DNA of 64,000 nt from positions 69,843 through 133,842 of the forward strand of contig JBAXBV010000011.1 of assembly GCA_037141795.1 (NCBI GenBank), written 5' to 3'. Positions 49,247 through 59,690 of the stretch are shown here, in pieces; position 1 is the stretch's first letter, and each line of letters begins with the position of its first letter. The notes beneath the pieces were generated by a model. It saw nothing but the letters and a program-made list of their open reading frames with translations, searched no databases and had not been told where the DNA came from. The translations under genes were made by a program, and so were the position numbers. The DNA comes from Betaproteobacteria bacterium (lineage in GTDB: Bacteria; Pseudomonadota; Gammaproteobacteria; Burkholderiales; Ga0077523).

Positions 49247-49423
49247 GGCTCTGGCCACCGGGGGATGAGTTCGGGGACAGAGGTTAACGGCAAGGGCACG
49301 TGGGTCGCAAACGATCGCCGGAGGGTCTCCGGGCACAGGCGGGGCGGCAGGCACCGGCCGGGGCCGCGGCGGGGGTGCGTGCTAGCATCGCGGCTCCCCA
49401 ACCCGAGAGCTTCGCACCGCGCC

Positions 49424-50587
49424 ATGTCGGGCAACACGTTCGGACGCCTCTTCTGCGTCACCTCCTTCGGCGAAAGCCACGGACCCGCGATCGGGTGCGT
49501 GGTGGATGGCTGCCCACCCGGACTCGAACTCTCCGAGGCCGACATCCAGCCGGACCTGGACCGGCGGAAGCCTGGAACCTCGCGCTTCGTGACGCAGCGC
49601 AAGGAAAGCGACACGGTGGAAATCCTGTCGGGAGTGTTCGAGGGCAGGACCACCGGAACCCCGATCGGCATGCTGATCCGCAACACCGACCAGCGCAGCC
49701 AGGACTACGGCAACATCGCCCGCACGTTCCGGCCCGGGCACGCCGATTACACCTACTGGCAGAAGTACGGCATCCGGGACTACCGGGGTGGTGGCCGGCA
49801 ATCGGCCCGGGAGACCGCCGTGCGGGTGGCCGCCGGTGCCATCGCGAAGAAGTGGCTGCGCGAGCGGCATGGGGTCGAGGTGCGCGGCTACCTGTCGCAG
49901 CTGGGCCCGATCCAGGTCGGGTTCCGGTCCTGGGCTGCCACGGGGGAGAATCCGTTCTTCAGTGCGGATCCGGACGCGGTGCCCGAACTGGAGGCCTACA
50001 TGGATCGCCTGCGCAAGTCGGGCGATTCGGTGGGGGCACGGCTCACCGTGGTGGCCTCCGGCGTGCCGGTGGGCTGGGGGGAGCCCGTGGACGACAAGCT
50101 CGATGCCGATCTGGCCTACGCCATGATGAGCATCAATGCCGTGAAGGGGGTGGAGATCGGCGCCGGCTTCGCCTCGGTGGCGCAACTGGGCACCGAGCAT
50201 GGCGACGAGATGACGCCCGAGGGTTTCCTGTCCAATCACGCTGGCGGAATTCTGGGCGGGATATCCACCGGCCAGGACGTGGTGGTGCACATCGCCATCA
50301 AGCCGACGTCGAGCATCCGGCTGGCGCGCCGCTCCATCGACAGGGAGGGCAACCCGGTTACCGTGGAAACGTTCGGCCGCCACGATCCCTGCGTCGGAAT
50401 CCGGGCCACCCCGATTGCGGAGGCGATGCTGGCGGCCGTGCTCATTGACCATGCCCTGCGGCACCGGGCCCAGAATGCGGACGTGACGGTCGCGACACCG
50501 CGCATCCCGGCCCAGGCGCCGCCGGATGCCCGGGAGCGCTATCCCCTGAATCCCTCCCGCGCGTCCACCGACCCGCATGAGGGCTGA
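49424..50587 (+). CDS. aroC: Chorismate synthase
   Basis: 387 aa from ATG 49424. [44 protein letters not shown]. Confidence 0.95.
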   Translation: MSGNTFGRLFCVTSFGESHGPAIGCVVDGCPPGLELSEADIQPDLDRRKPGTSRFVTQRKESDTVEILSGVFEGRTTGTPIGMLIRNTDQRSQDYGNIARTFRPGHADYTYWQKYGIRDYRGGGRQSARETAVRVAAGAIAKKWLRERHGVEVRGYLSQLGPIQVGFRSWAATGENPFFSADPDAVPELEAYMDRLRKSGDSVGARLTVVASGVPVGWGEPVDDKLDADLAYAMMSINAVKGVEIGAGFASVAQLGTEHGDEMTPEGFLSNHAGGILGGISTGQDVVVHIAIKPTSSIRLARRSIDREGNPVTVETFGRHDPCVGIRATPIAEAMLAAVLIDHALRHRAQNADVTVATPRIPAQAPPDARERYPLNPSRASTDPHEG

Positions 50588-50754
50588 GTGGTTTCCCCCG
50601 CACTCCCGTCGGGATGCGGGCGGCGGAAGCGGTCGGGTAATTCGCCCTGTCGCCGCTGTGCTGCCGTCGCCGGTCCCCGCCTGCGTCCGGCTCTTGCGTC
50701 CCTCGCGGGACGGCAGCTGAGCGTGCGGCGTCCGCACGCCGGAGCCTGAAGGTC

Positions 50755-51948
50755 ATGGGCGTGCCGGCCGTTCCCCTGGCCACGTTCTATTTCTTCTACT
50801 TCGCCTTCCTCGGGGCCTTTGCACCCTTCTGGCCGCTCTACCTGAAATCGGCGGGCATGGGGGCGGCGCAGATCGGTACTCTCCTCGCGCTCGTCCCGGT
50901 CACGCGGATGGCGGGCCCGGCGCTCTGGGGATGGCTGGCCGATCACCGGGGCCGGCGCACACCTGTCGTTCGCCTGACCTCGGTGGCGACCGTCGTGGCC
51001 TTCACCGGTTTCTTCGCCGGCAGTGCCTACGCCTGGCTGTTTGCCGTCATGCTGGTGATGAACATCTTCTGGTGCGGATCCCTCCCGCTGGTGGAGGCCA
51101 CCACCATGGCCCACCTCGGGGACCGAGTCGCCGGCTATGGCCGCATTCGGGCCTGGGGCTCCGTGGGTTTCGTAGCCGTCGTGGTGGGCGCGGGCAGTCT
51201 GCTCGACCTGGCCGGGGTGCGGTCCCTGCCGTGGCTCATCCTCGGACTGCTCGCCCTGCACGCGGCGTCGGCCTTCGCCGTGCCCGAGGCGCCGCGCCAT
51301 GCGCACCATGACGACGCCCGCGGGGTCTGGGAGATCCTGCGCCGACGCGAGGTCCTCGCCCTGTTCGCGGGCTGTTTTCTCATGTCGGTTGCCCACGGCC
51401 CCTACCACACGTTCTATTCCATCTGGCTCGTTGAGCATGGCTACAGCAAGACCGGCGTGGGGATGCTCTGGGCCCTCGGGGTCATCTGCGAGATCATCGT
51501 CTTCTTCCTATGGACCCGGCTCACGGCGCGGTTCGAGCCCCGCACCCTCCTGCTCATCGCCTACGGCACGGCGTGCCTGCGCTTCCTGGCGGTGGGGTGG
51601 GCGCCCGGCTCGGCGGTGGTCATCGTGCTGGCCCAGACGGCGCATGCCGCCACGTTCGGCCTGTTCCACGGTGCCGCCGTGGCGCTCACCCACCGGTTCT
51701 TCCGCGGGCGCCACCAGTCCAAGGGGCAGGCGCTGTATTCGGGGGTCGGTTTCGGTGCCGGCGGCGCAGCCGGCGGTCTCGCCAGCGGCTTTGTCTGGGA
51801 TCACGCCGGGGGGCCGTGGACGTTCACGGGCGGCGCCGTGGCCGGGTTGATGGCCTGCCTGGTGACCTGGCGCTGGCTGCGGGCGGACGGCGAACCCGGG
51901 ATGGCCCGGGTCGGGGAGTCGCGAGGGCGCGGCACGCCGGCGGGGTGA
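50755..51948 (+). CDS. MFS transporter (HcaT/PPP-like family)
   Basis: 397 aa. About 12 hydrophobic segments. FYFFYFAFLGAFAPFWPLYL...WGWLADHRGRR is typical of this MFS subfamily. Confidence 0.8.
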   Translation: MGVPAVPLATFYFFYFAFLGAFAPFWPLYLKSAGMGAAQIGTLLALVPVTRMAGPALWGWLADHRGRRTPVVRLTSVATVVAFTGFFAGSAYAWLFAVMLVMNIFWCGSLPLVEATTMAHLGDRVAGYGRIRAWGSVGFVAVVVGAGSLLDLAGVRSLPWLILGLLALHAASAFAVPEAPRHAHHDDARGVWEILRRREVLALFAGCFLMSVAHGPYHTFYSIWLVEHGYSKTGVGMLWALGVICEIIVFFLWTRLTARFEPRTLLLIAYGTACLRFLAVGWAPGSAVVIVLAQTAHAATFGLFHGAAVALTHRFFRGRHQSKGQALYSGVGFGAGGAAGGLASGFVWDHAGGPWTFTGGAVAGLMACLVTWRWLRADGEPGMARVGESRGRGTPAG

Positions 51949-52001
51949 CCGGTTGCCGGGAACCCTTGTGACATAATCGCGGGTTCTCCGGAGAGCATCT
52001 C

Positions 52002-53408
52002 ATGCAGCCTCAAACGCTTTACGACAAGCTCTGGTCGAGCCACGTGGTGCGGGAGGAAGCCGACGGCACCGCCCTCATCTACATCGATCGCCACCTCGTG
52101 CACGAGGTCACGAGCCCCCAGGCCTTCGAGGGCCTGAAACTGGCCGGCCGCAGACCCTGGCGGGTGGATTCCGTGGTGGCGACCGCCGACCACAATACCC
52201 CCACCCGGGACTGGGATCAGGGGATCCGCGATCCCATCTCGCGCCTGCAGGTGGAGACGCTGGACCAGAACATCCGCGAGTTCGGGGCCCGGGCGTACTT
52301 CCCCTTCCTGGACGAGCGTCAGGGCATCGTGCACGTGATCGGTCCGGAGCAGGGCGCGACCCTCCCGGGCATGACTGTGGTCTGCGGCGATTCCCACACG
52401 AGCACCCACGGCGCATTCGCGTCTCTGGCGTTCGGCATCGGCACGTCCGAGGTGGAGCACGTGCTGGCCACCCAGTGCCTCAACATGAAGAAGTCGCGAG
52501 CGATGTCCGTGGAAGTGCACGGTTCCCTGGGGCGTGGCGTGACGGCGAAGGACGTGGTGCTCGCGATCATCGGTCGCATCGGCACGGCGGGCGGCACCGG
52601 TCACGCCATCGAGTTCCGGGGAGACGCGATCCGTGGTCTGTCCATCGAGGGGCGCATGACCGTCTGCAACATGGCCATCGAGGCCGGGGCGAGGGCGGGC
52701 ATGGTGGCCGTCGACGACAAGACCATCGATTACCTGCGAGGCCGCACATATTCGCCCGCCGGCGAGCATTGGGATCGGGCCGTCGAGGCCTGGCGCCGCC
52801 TCCACAGCGATGACGGGGCGGTGTTCGACAAGGTGGTGTCCCTGCGGGCCGACGACATCGCCCCGCAGGTGACCTGGGGCACTTCGCCGGAGATGGTGGA
52901 CAGTGTGCTCGGGCGGGTACCCGATCCGGCCCGGGTGGAGGATCCGGTACGGCGCCAGTCGCTGGAGCGTGCGCTCGGCTACATGGGGCTGCAGGCGAAC
53001 ACACCGATCACCGACATCCGGATCGACAAGGTCTTCATCGGGTCGTGCACCAACTCCCGGATCGAGGACCTCCGCGCCGCCGCGGAAGTCGTGAGGGGGC
53101 GCCGGGTGGCGGCCGGCGTCAGGCTGGCCATGGTGGTGCCGGGTTCCGGGCTGGTGAAGCGCCAGGCGGAAGCCGAAGGTCTCGACCGCCTGTTCCGCGA
53201 GGCGGGCTTCGAGTGGCGGGAGCCTGGCTGCTCGATGTGCCTGGCCATGAACGACGATCGCCTCGAGCCGGGGGAGCGTTGCGCGTCCACGTCCAACCGG
53301 AACTTCGAGGGGCGCCAGGGCGCGGGCGGACGCACCCACCTGGTGAGTCCGGCCATGGCGGCGGCGGCCGCGGTTTCCGGGCACTTCGTCGACGTTCGCC
53401 AGCTCTAG
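52002..53408 (+). CDS. leuC: 3-isopropylmalate dehydratase large subunit
   Basis: 468 aa. [16 protein letters not shown]. The Fe-S ligand cysteines lie in [12 protein letters not shown] and GCSMCLAMN. Confidence 0.95.
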   Translation: MQPQTLYDKLWSSHVVREEADGTALIYIDRHLVHEVTSPQAFEGLKLAGRRPWRVDSVVATADHNTPTRDWDQGIRDPISRLQVETLDQNIREFGARAYFPFLDERQGIVHVIGPEQGATLPGMTVVCGDSHTSTHGAFASLAFGIGTSEVEHVLATQCLNMKKSRAMSVEVHGSLGRGVTAKDVVLAIIGRIGTAGGTGHAIEFRGDAIRGLSIEGRMTVCNMAIEAGARAGMVAVDDKTIDYLRGRTYSPAGEHWDRAVEAWRRLHSDDGAVFDKVVSLRADDIAPQVTWGTSPEMVDSVLGRVPDPARVEDPVRRQSLERALGYMGLQANTPITDIRIDKVFIGSCTNSRIEDLRAAAEVVRGRRVAAGVRLAMVVPGSGLVKRQAEAEGLDRLFREAGFEWREPGCSMCLAMNDDRLEPGERCASTSNRNFEGRQGAGGRTHLVSPAMAAAAAVSGHFVDVRQL

Positions 53409-53421
53409 CCGGAGGAAAGCC

Positions 53422-54060
53422 ATGGAAAAATTCACCGTCCTTCAGGGGCTCGTGGCCCCGCTCGATCGGCCGAACGTCGACACGGACGCCATCATCCCCA
53501 AGCAGTTCCTCAAGTCCATCAAGCGCAGCGGCTTCGGGCCCAACCTGTTCGACGAGTGGCGGTACCTCGATCACGGCGAGCCGGGCATGGATCCCGCCGC
53601 CCGGGTGCCCAACCCTGATTTCGTGCTCAACCAGCCCCGCTATCAGGGCGCGAGCATCCTTCTTGCGCGCGAGAATTTCGGCTGCGGGTCTTCCCGGGAG
53701 CACGCGCCCTGGGCGCTGACCGATTTCGGGTTCCGGGCGGTGGTGGCCCCGAGCTACGCCGACATCTTCTTCAACAACAGCTTCAAGAACGGACTGCTTC
53801 CGGTCATTCTGCCGGCGCCCGTGGTGGACCGCCTGTTCGCCGAGACCCTCGCGACCCCGGGTTACCGTCTCACCGTGGACCTGCAGCAGCAGAAGGTGCT
53901 GACGCCGGCGGGCGAGGCCTTCGGTTTTTCCGTCGACGCCTTCCGCCGGCACTGCCTGATCGAGGGGCTCGACGAGATCGGCCTTACCCTGCAGCACGCG
54001 GACGCCATTCGAGCCTTCGAAGACCGGCGCCGCCTGGAACAACCTTGGTTGTTCGCCTGA
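53422..54060 (+). CDS. leuD: 3-isopropylmalate dehydratase small subunit
   Basis: 212 aa with GGAGGAAA upstream. [16 protein letters not shown] and [14 protein letters not shown]. Confidence 0.95.
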   Translation: MEKFTVLQGLVAPLDRPNVDTDAIIPKQFLKSIKRSGFGPNLFDEWRYLDHGEPGMDPAARVPNPDFVLNQPRYQGASILLARENFGCGSSREHAPWALTDFGFRAVVAPSYADIFFNNSFKNGLLPVILPAPVVDRLFAETLATPGYRLTVDLQQQKVLTPAGEAFGFSVDAFRRHCLIEGLDEIGLTLQHADAIRAFEDRRRLEQPWLFA

Positions 54061-54096
54061 GGGCGGACATTTCCTGAGCCAGAGGACAGGCAACAC

Positions 54097-55182
54097 ATGA
54101 AAATCGCAATCTTGCCCGGTGACGGCATCGGCCCGGAGATCGTCCGGCAGGCCACCAGGGTGCTCGAGGTACTCAGGGCCGACGGGATGCCCCTCGAAAT
54201 GGAAACCGCGCCCATCGGCGGGGCCGGTTACGACGCGGCCGGAGACCCTCTTCCGGAGGCGACCCTCGCCCTCGCGCGGAGCGCCGATGCGATTCTCCTC
54301 GGGGCGGTCGGCGGGCCGAAATACGACACGCTGCCCCGGGAGGTCCGGCCGGAGCAGGGGCTGCTGCGCATTCGCAAGGCTCTCGGTCTGTTCACCAACC
54401 TGCGTCCGGCCACGGTCTATGCGGAACTCGCGGATGCGTCCTCGCTGAAGGCGGAACTGGTCGCCGGACTGGACGTGATGATCCTGCGGGAACTCACCGG
54501 CGACATCTACTTCGGCCAGCCGCGGGGCAGGCGGTCGCTCGCCAATGGCGAGCGGGAGGGTTTCGATACGATGAAGTACTCGGAGTCCGAGATCGCCCGG
54601 ATTGCCCGCGTCGGGTTCGAGATTGCCCGCAAGCGGTCCCGGCGCCTCTGCTCCGTGGACAAGGCGAACGTGCTCGACACCAGCATCCTCTGGCGCGAGG
54701 TGGTCACCGAACTGTCGAAGTCCTATCCGGACGTGGAACTGTCCCACATGTACGTGGACAACGCGGCCATGCAACTCGTGCGGGCCCCCAAGCAGTTCGA
54801 CGTCATCCTGACGGGCAACATGTTCGGTGACATTCTGTCCGATGAGGCCTCGATGCTCACCGGCTCGATCGGCATGCTTCCGTCCGCATCGCTGGACGCC
54901 GCCAACAAGGGACTCTACGAGCCCATCCACGGATCGGCTCCGGACATCGCGGGGCGCGACGTCGCCAACCCGCTCGCCACGATCCTGTCGCTCGGCATGA
55001 TGATGCGCTACACCTTTGGCGATGCCGCAGCGGCGGACCGGATCGAGGCGGCCGTCAAGCGGGTGCTTGGCGAGGGTCTGCGCACGGGCGACATTGCCAG
55101 GCCGGGTGAGCCTGTCATCGGGACCGTGCAGATGGGCGACGCGGTGGTGGCGGCGCTGCGCGGCGCTGCGCGGCTTGCCTAG
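54097..55182 (+). CDS. leuB: 3-isopropylmalate dehydrogenase
   Basis: 361 aa. [16 protein letters not shown] and [26 protein letters not shown]. Confidence 0.95.
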   Translation: MKIAILPGDGIGPEIVRQATRVLEVLRADGMPLEMETAPIGGAGYDAAGDPLPEATLALARSADAILLGAVGGPKYDTLPREVRPEQGLLRIRKALGLFTNLRPATVYAELADASSLKAELVAGLDVMILRELTGDIYFGQPRGRRSLANGEREGFDTMKYSESEIARIARVGFEIARKRSRRLCSVDKANVLDTSILWREVVTELSKSYPDVELSHMYVDNAAMQLVRAPKQFDVILTGNMFGDILSDEASMLTGSIGMLPSASLDAANKGLYEPIHGSAPDIAGRDVANPLATILSLGMMMRYTFGDAAAADRIEAAVKRVLGEGLRTGDIARPGEPVIGTVQMGDAVVAALRGAARLA

Positions 55183-55211
55183 GGCTCGGGACACAACGCG
55201 GAGACGACACG

Positions 55212-56345
55212 ATGGCAACGATGCGGGTGGGGTTTGTGGGATGGCGTGGCATGGTGGGTTCCGTGCTCATGCAGCGCATGACCTGGGAGAAGGATTTTTC
55301 GGATATCGACGCAACCTTCTTCAGCACGTCCAGCGCGGGCGCTGAAGGGCCCGTCGTTTCCGGCGCATCCGCCCCGCTGGGGGACGCGAACGACATCTCC
55401 GCGCTCGGGGCCATGGACACCATCATCTCCTGCCAGGGCGGTGACTATACGGCGGCCATGCACCCGCGCCTGCGGGCCGCGGGCTGGGCCGGCTACTGGA
55501 TCGATGCCGCCTCCTCGCTTCGCATGCAGGATACGGCCGTCATCGTTCTCGATCCGGTCAATCGTCCGGTCATCGATGAGGCGATCGCCCGCGGGACCCG
55601 CGATTTCATCGGCGGCAACTGTACCGTCAGCCTCATGCTGATGGCCCTTGCCGGATTGTTCAAGGCCGATCTCGTCGAGTGGATCAGCGCCATGACCTAC
55701 CAGGCGGCGTCCGGCGCGGGCGCGCAGAACATGCGGGAACTCGTCCAGCAGATGGGGGCGGCCCACGAGGCCGGAAGCGCGCTTCTCTCCCGGCCGGACA
55801 GTGCCATTCTCGAACTCGACCGCGCCGTGCATCAGGCCATTGGCAGTCACGACTTCCCGGTCGCCAACTTCGGTTACCCCCTCGCCTGCAGCCTGCTGCC
55901 GTGGATCGACAAGGACCTCGGCAACGGACAGAGCCGCGAGGAGTGGAAGGGAATGGCCGAGGCGAACAAGATCCTCGGCCGTCCGGGTGCTGCTGCGATC
56001 CCGGTTGACGGCGTCTGCGTGCGGGTCGGGGTCATGCGGTGCCACAGCCAGGCCCTGACCATCAAGCTCCGGCGCGAGCTCCCGCTGTCCGAGGTGGAGG
56101 AACGGCTTGCTTCCGCACACGAGTGGGTCCGGGTCGTGCCCAACAATCGCGACGCGTCCCTCGGCTCCCTCACGCCTGCCGCCGTCTCGGGCCGGCTGGA
56201 CGTGCCGGTCGGTCGTCTGCGCAGGTTGCCCATGGGCCCCGAGTATCTTTCGGCGTTCACCGTCGGGGATCAGTTGCTCTGGGGGGCCGCCGAGCCACTG
56301 CGACGCATGCTGCGGATTCTGCTGGAGCATCATGCCGGGACCTGA
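55212..56345 (+). CDS. asd: Aspartate-semialdehyde dehydrogenase
   Basis: 377 aa. [14 protein letters not shown] and active-site [14 protein letters not shown]. Confidence 0.95.
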   Translation: MATMRVGFVGWRGMVGSVLMQRMTWEKDFSDIDATFFSTSSAGAEGPVVSGASAPLGDANDISALGAMDTIISCQGGDYTAAMHPRLRAAGWAGYWIDAASSLRMQDTAVIVLDPVNRPVIDEAIARGTRDFIGGNCTVSLMLMALAGLFKADLVEWISAMTYQAASGAGAQNMRELVQQMGAAHEAGSALLSRPDSAILELDRAVHQAIGSHDFPVANFGYPLACSLLPWIDKDLGNGQSREEWKGMAEANKILGRPGAAAIPVDGVCVRVGVMRCHSQALTIKLRRELPLSEVEERLASAHEWVRVVPNNRDASLGSLTPAAVSGRLDVPVGRLRRLPMGPEYLSAFTVGDQLLWGAAEPLRRMLRILLEHHAGT

Positions 56346-56358
56346 CGGCTGGGCTCCC

Positions 56359-56375
56359 GGCCTTTGCGGAAGGCC
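56359..56375 (+). terminator. Possible terminator hairpin after asd (no clear U-tract)
   Basis: GGCCTT-tgcgg-AAGGCC, 14 nt after the asd stop, followed by CTTCAGTTG. Confidence 0.3.
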
Positions 56376-56500
56376 CTTCAGTTGTCTCCAAATGCACCGA
56401 AAAAATATAGGCCAAGCAGGGTTATGTGAGACAAAAGTTCAGCTTGCATACGTAACCCTATGATGTTATTTTCTTCTGAGGCGTAAAGGGCTAGGGGTGT

Positions 56501-59473
56501 TTGGTGAGTAATCCACAGATGCGGGCGGCCATTGCCGCGCTGATGCTGTCAGGGGCCTCTCTCTCGGCGGAGGCCGCGGGACTTGGCCGCCTCACCGTCC
56601 TCTCGAATCTGGGGCAGCCCTTCCGGGGCGAAGTGGACCTCGTCTCCGTCAAGAAGGAAGAGATCTCCTCCCTGACCGCTCGGCTGGCCAGTCCGGACAG
56701 CTTCCGTCAGGCCGATCTGCCCTATACCGCATACGTTTCCAATCTCAAGCTGAGCATCGAGCAGCGGCCCAACGGCGACCGGTTCGTCCGGGTGACCGCG
56801 AGCCAACCGCTCAACGAACCGTTCGTCGATTTTCTGGTTGAACTTGCCTGGAATTCGGGGCGCCTCATCCGTGCCTACACGGCGCTCGTCGACCCTGCCC
56901 CTGTATCCGATTCTGCAGGTGGGCCTGGTCCGGCACCGGGGCAGGCGGAGGTCAGGCAGGTGGTTCCGGAGACGCTTCCGCAGGCCGAGGTCGCACCCCC
57001 GTCGACTCCGCCTGCCAACCTGCCCGAGGCTCCTGCGCCTGCACCCCGCATACAGGGGGCGCCTGAGCGCACCACCCCGCAACCGGCCCCTGCGGAAACG
57101 CCTCCCGGGACACCCGGCAAACCGATGAAGCAACCGCGACCGCGCGCAGCGACGGCGCCGGAGAAGGCCGAATCGCCGGAACCCGTGGCCGGGGAGTCGG
57201 TTCGAGTCAAGAAAGGCGACACGCTGTCCAGGATCGCCCGCGAAACCAGGCCGGAAGGCGTGACCCTCGACCAGATGCTCGTGCTCCTGTACCGGGACAA
57301 TCCGGAAGCATTCGTCGGGCGGAACATGAACCGGCTTCGGGCGGGACGGGTCCTGCACCTGCCGGATTCGTGGGAGGCGGGGGCGGTGTCGCCGCAGGAG
57401 GCGACAAAGGAAGTCCGCTTGCAGTCCGCCAACTGGAATGCCTACCGGGAACGGCTCGCGGGTGCCGCGCAGGCCGCCGCACCCGCCCAGGAGGGGCCGG
57501 GGCGCTCTTCCGCAGGGAAGGTGACGACCACCCTGAAGGAATCCAGCCCGGCGCCGGCCGAACCGGCGAAGGACATCCTCAAGCTGTCCAAAGGCGAACC
57601 CTCCAGGCCGTCCGGGCCTGCGGATGCCAAGGCACAGGACCGGGCCCGGGCTCTGGAAGAAGAAGTGGCCGCGAAGACCAAGGCGGCATCGGAAGCGAAC
57701 TTCCGGGTGGCCCAGCTTGAGAAGCAGGTGAGGGACCTTCAGGCTCTGGTAGAGATGAAGAGCGCCGCCATGGCCGATTTGCAGAAGTCGGCATCGGCAA
57801 AGCCCGCGGCCAAGGCCGAGCCTCAGAAACTTCCTGAACCGGCCAAGTTGCCCGAACCTCCGAAGTTGCCGGAGCCGGTGAAGGGTCCGGAGCCCGTGGC
57901 GAAGGCGCCCGAAGGGCCTGTCAAGCTTCCGGAGGGCCCTGCCAAACTTCCCGAGGGCACCGGCAAGGATGCCGTACAGCCCCTCCCGCCGCCTCCGGAA
58001 CTTCCGGGGCCGCTGCCTCCTGTGGAGACTGCCGCCCCCGCAGCCGTGACGCCGCCCCCGCCGCCAAAGCCCCGACCCAAGGTCGCCCTGCCGCCCCCGC
58101 CGCCGCCACCGAGTCTTCTCGACGAGTTGCTGGGGAACCCGATGATCGTTGCGGGCGGCGCAGCAGTGGCGGCGGCTCTCGCCGGGCTCGGCTATCTCGG
58201 CTGGAAGCGCAAACGGACGGCGGGAGAGCGTTCCGGCAGACCGGGCGGGCCCGTGCTCGAGGAGGTCCGGGAGGACAGTTTCGGACCTGCAGGTTTCGAC
58301 ACGCCTCAGGAGATTTCGGACGGAACGCGAGGCCTTCCTGGCGGGGAAGCGCCGGCAGTGGAGCGCAGCGATGCTCTCGCGGAGGCCGAGGTCTTCATGA
58401 TCTACGGTCGCGACGCGCAGGCGGAAGAGCGACTGAAGGAAGCCATCGCCGCCAATCCGCAGCGGCAGGAACTGCGCGCAAAGCTTCTTGAGATCTACGC
58501 CAAGCGCAACGATCGTTCAGCCTTCGAAGACACCGCCAAGGAACTCCAGATTGCCACCGGGGGCCGGGGGGAACTCTGGGAAAAGGCGGTCGGTCTCGGA
58601 TACCGGATCGACCCGGAAAACCCGCGCTATGCGGCGGGTCGTCCTGCGGACGCGTCCCTGGCGAAGACGCAGCCTGGCGAAATGGCGTCGACGCTTCAGA
58701 TGAACGCGCTCGATGAAATTCCCATCGACGACCTCGACTTCAACCTCGATTTCGAAACCTCCTCCGGTCAGGTCGGCACCGATATCGATCTCGGCATGGG
58801 CGGCTCCGAGTACGGTTCCGGCGGCAGCACAGGCACCGACATAGACCTCGGGGCGCCCGCCGAAGGATCGGGAAGCGATATCTTCGACCCCAGCCGGACC
58901 ATCTCGGCGGAGGCGTTCCGGGAACTCTCGAGCACCGTGGATTCGCTGGATTTCGATCCCACAGCCGCGATGGCCGGGGAAGCTTCGCATGATCTGCCCA
59001 CTCTTCCAGGCGTAAGTCTCTCGCAGACCGGTCAGGAAAGGTCCGTGATCAATTTCGAGTTGACGGGCACCGAGGCCACCCTCGGCGGTACCGCGCGGGC
59101 GGAATCACCGGCCGATGATCTCGGATTCGACCTCGATTCGTTCAATCTCGACACACCCGACCCCGACTCGGACGCTACCCGTCCGGGGGGGCTGTCTTCC
59201 CGAGAGGATTCCAACCTGACCCTCCCGGGCGGAACTGGCGCGGAGCTGGACCTGTTGTCGTCGATCAATCTCGATCTCGGTGCCGTGGAGAATTCGGGGG
59301 CGGTGGTCAAGGATGAAAGGTGGTATGACATCCAGACCAAGTTCGATCTTGCCAAGGCCTATCAGGAGATGGGGGACCAGGAGGGAGCCCGCGAAATCCT
59401 CGAGGAGGTGATTGCCGAGGGCGACGACAGCCAGAAGCAGGCTGCCAGGGATCTGCTCGAGGGTCTTTCCTGA
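56501..59473 (+). CDS. fimV: FimV-like peptidoglycan-binding protein (LysM, Pro-rich repeats, TM segment, acidic region, FimV C-terminal TPR-like motif)
   Basis: About 990 aa. The start is one of TTG 56501, GTG 56504 or ATG 56519. Signal AALMLSGASLSAEA. LysM VRVKKGDTLSRIARE...GRVLHLP. TM IVAGGAAVAAALAGLGYLGW. C-terminal FDLAKAYQEMGDQEGAREILEEVIAEGD. Confidence 0.85.
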   Translation: MVSNPQMRAAIAALMLSGASLSAEAAGLGRLTVLSNLGQPFRGEVDLVSVKKEEISSLTARLASPDSFRQADLPYTAYVSNLKLSIEQRPNGDRFVRVTASQPLNEPFVDFLVELAWNSGRLIRAYTALVDPAPVSDSAGGPGPAPGQAEVRQVVPETLPQAEVAPPSTPPANLPEAPAPAPRIQGAPERTTPQPAPAETPPGTPGKPMKQPRPRAATAPEKAESPEPVAGESVRVKKGDTLSRIARETRPEGVTLDQMLVLLYRDNPEAFVGRNMNRLRAGRVLHLPDSWEAGAVSPQEATKEVRLQSANWNAYRERLAGAAQAAAPAQEGPGRSSAGKVTTTLKESSPAPAEPAKDILKLSKGEPSRPSGPADAKAQDRARALEEEVAAKTKAASEANFRVAQLEKQVRDLQALVEMKSAAMADLQKSASAKPAAKAEPQKLPEPAKLPEPPKLPEPVKGPEPVAKAPEGPVKLPEGPAKLPEGTGKDAVQPLPPPPELPGPLPPVETAAPAAVTPPPPPKPRPKVALPPPPPPPSLLDELLGNPMIVAGGAAVAAALAGLGYLGWKRKRTAGERSGRPGGPVLEEVREDSFGPAGFDTPQEISDGTRGLPGGEAPAVERSDALAEAEVFMIYGRDAQAEERLKEAIAANPQRQELRAKLLEIYAKRNDRSAFEDTAKELQIATGGRGELWEKAVGLGYRIDPENPRYAAGRPADASLAKTQPGEMASTLQMNALDEIPIDDLDFNLDFETSSGQVGTDIDLGMGGSEYGSGGSTGTDIDLGAPAEGSGSDIFDPSRTISAEAFRELSSTVDSLDFDPTAAMAGEASHDLPTLPGVSLSQTGQERSVINFELTGTEATLGGTARAESPADDLGFDLDSFNLDTPDPDSDATRPGGLSSREDSNLTLPGGTGAELDLLSSINLDLGAVENSGAVVKDERWYDIQTKFDLAKAYQEMGDQEGAREILEEVIAEGDDSQKQAARDLLEGLS
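57824..57958 (+). repeat. Degenerate 15-nt (5-codon) tandem repeats encoding (K/A)LPE(P/G) units inside fimV
   Basis: The translation reads QKLPEPAKLPEPPKLPEPVKGPEPVAKAPEGPVKLPEGPAKLPEG. The DNA units are CCGAA(G/A)TTGCC(C/G)GA-like. Confidence 0.8.
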
Positions 59474-59483
59474 CCACCACGAA

Positions 59484-59504
59484 GCGCTGCACTCGCCGCA
59501 GCGC
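59484..59504 (+). terminator. Hairpin after fimV (possible terminator, no U-tract)
   Basis: GCGCTGC-actcgcc-GCAGCGC (7-bp stem), 11 nt after the stop. Confidence 0.3.
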
Positions 59505-59690
59505 CCTGCCAGGGCCTGACCCCGTGTGGCGACCGGTGCCTTGCGTTGCATCCCCAGGGCGCCCCGGGACGGTCAGAGCCGTAGCGTGAACAGGCCCTGT
59601 TGAGCGAGCGGCCCTCCACGCAAACCGGGACCGGACTTCCACGACGCTGACCCCGTACGTGAGAGCCGTCGCCGCCTCTACCCGATAGCC

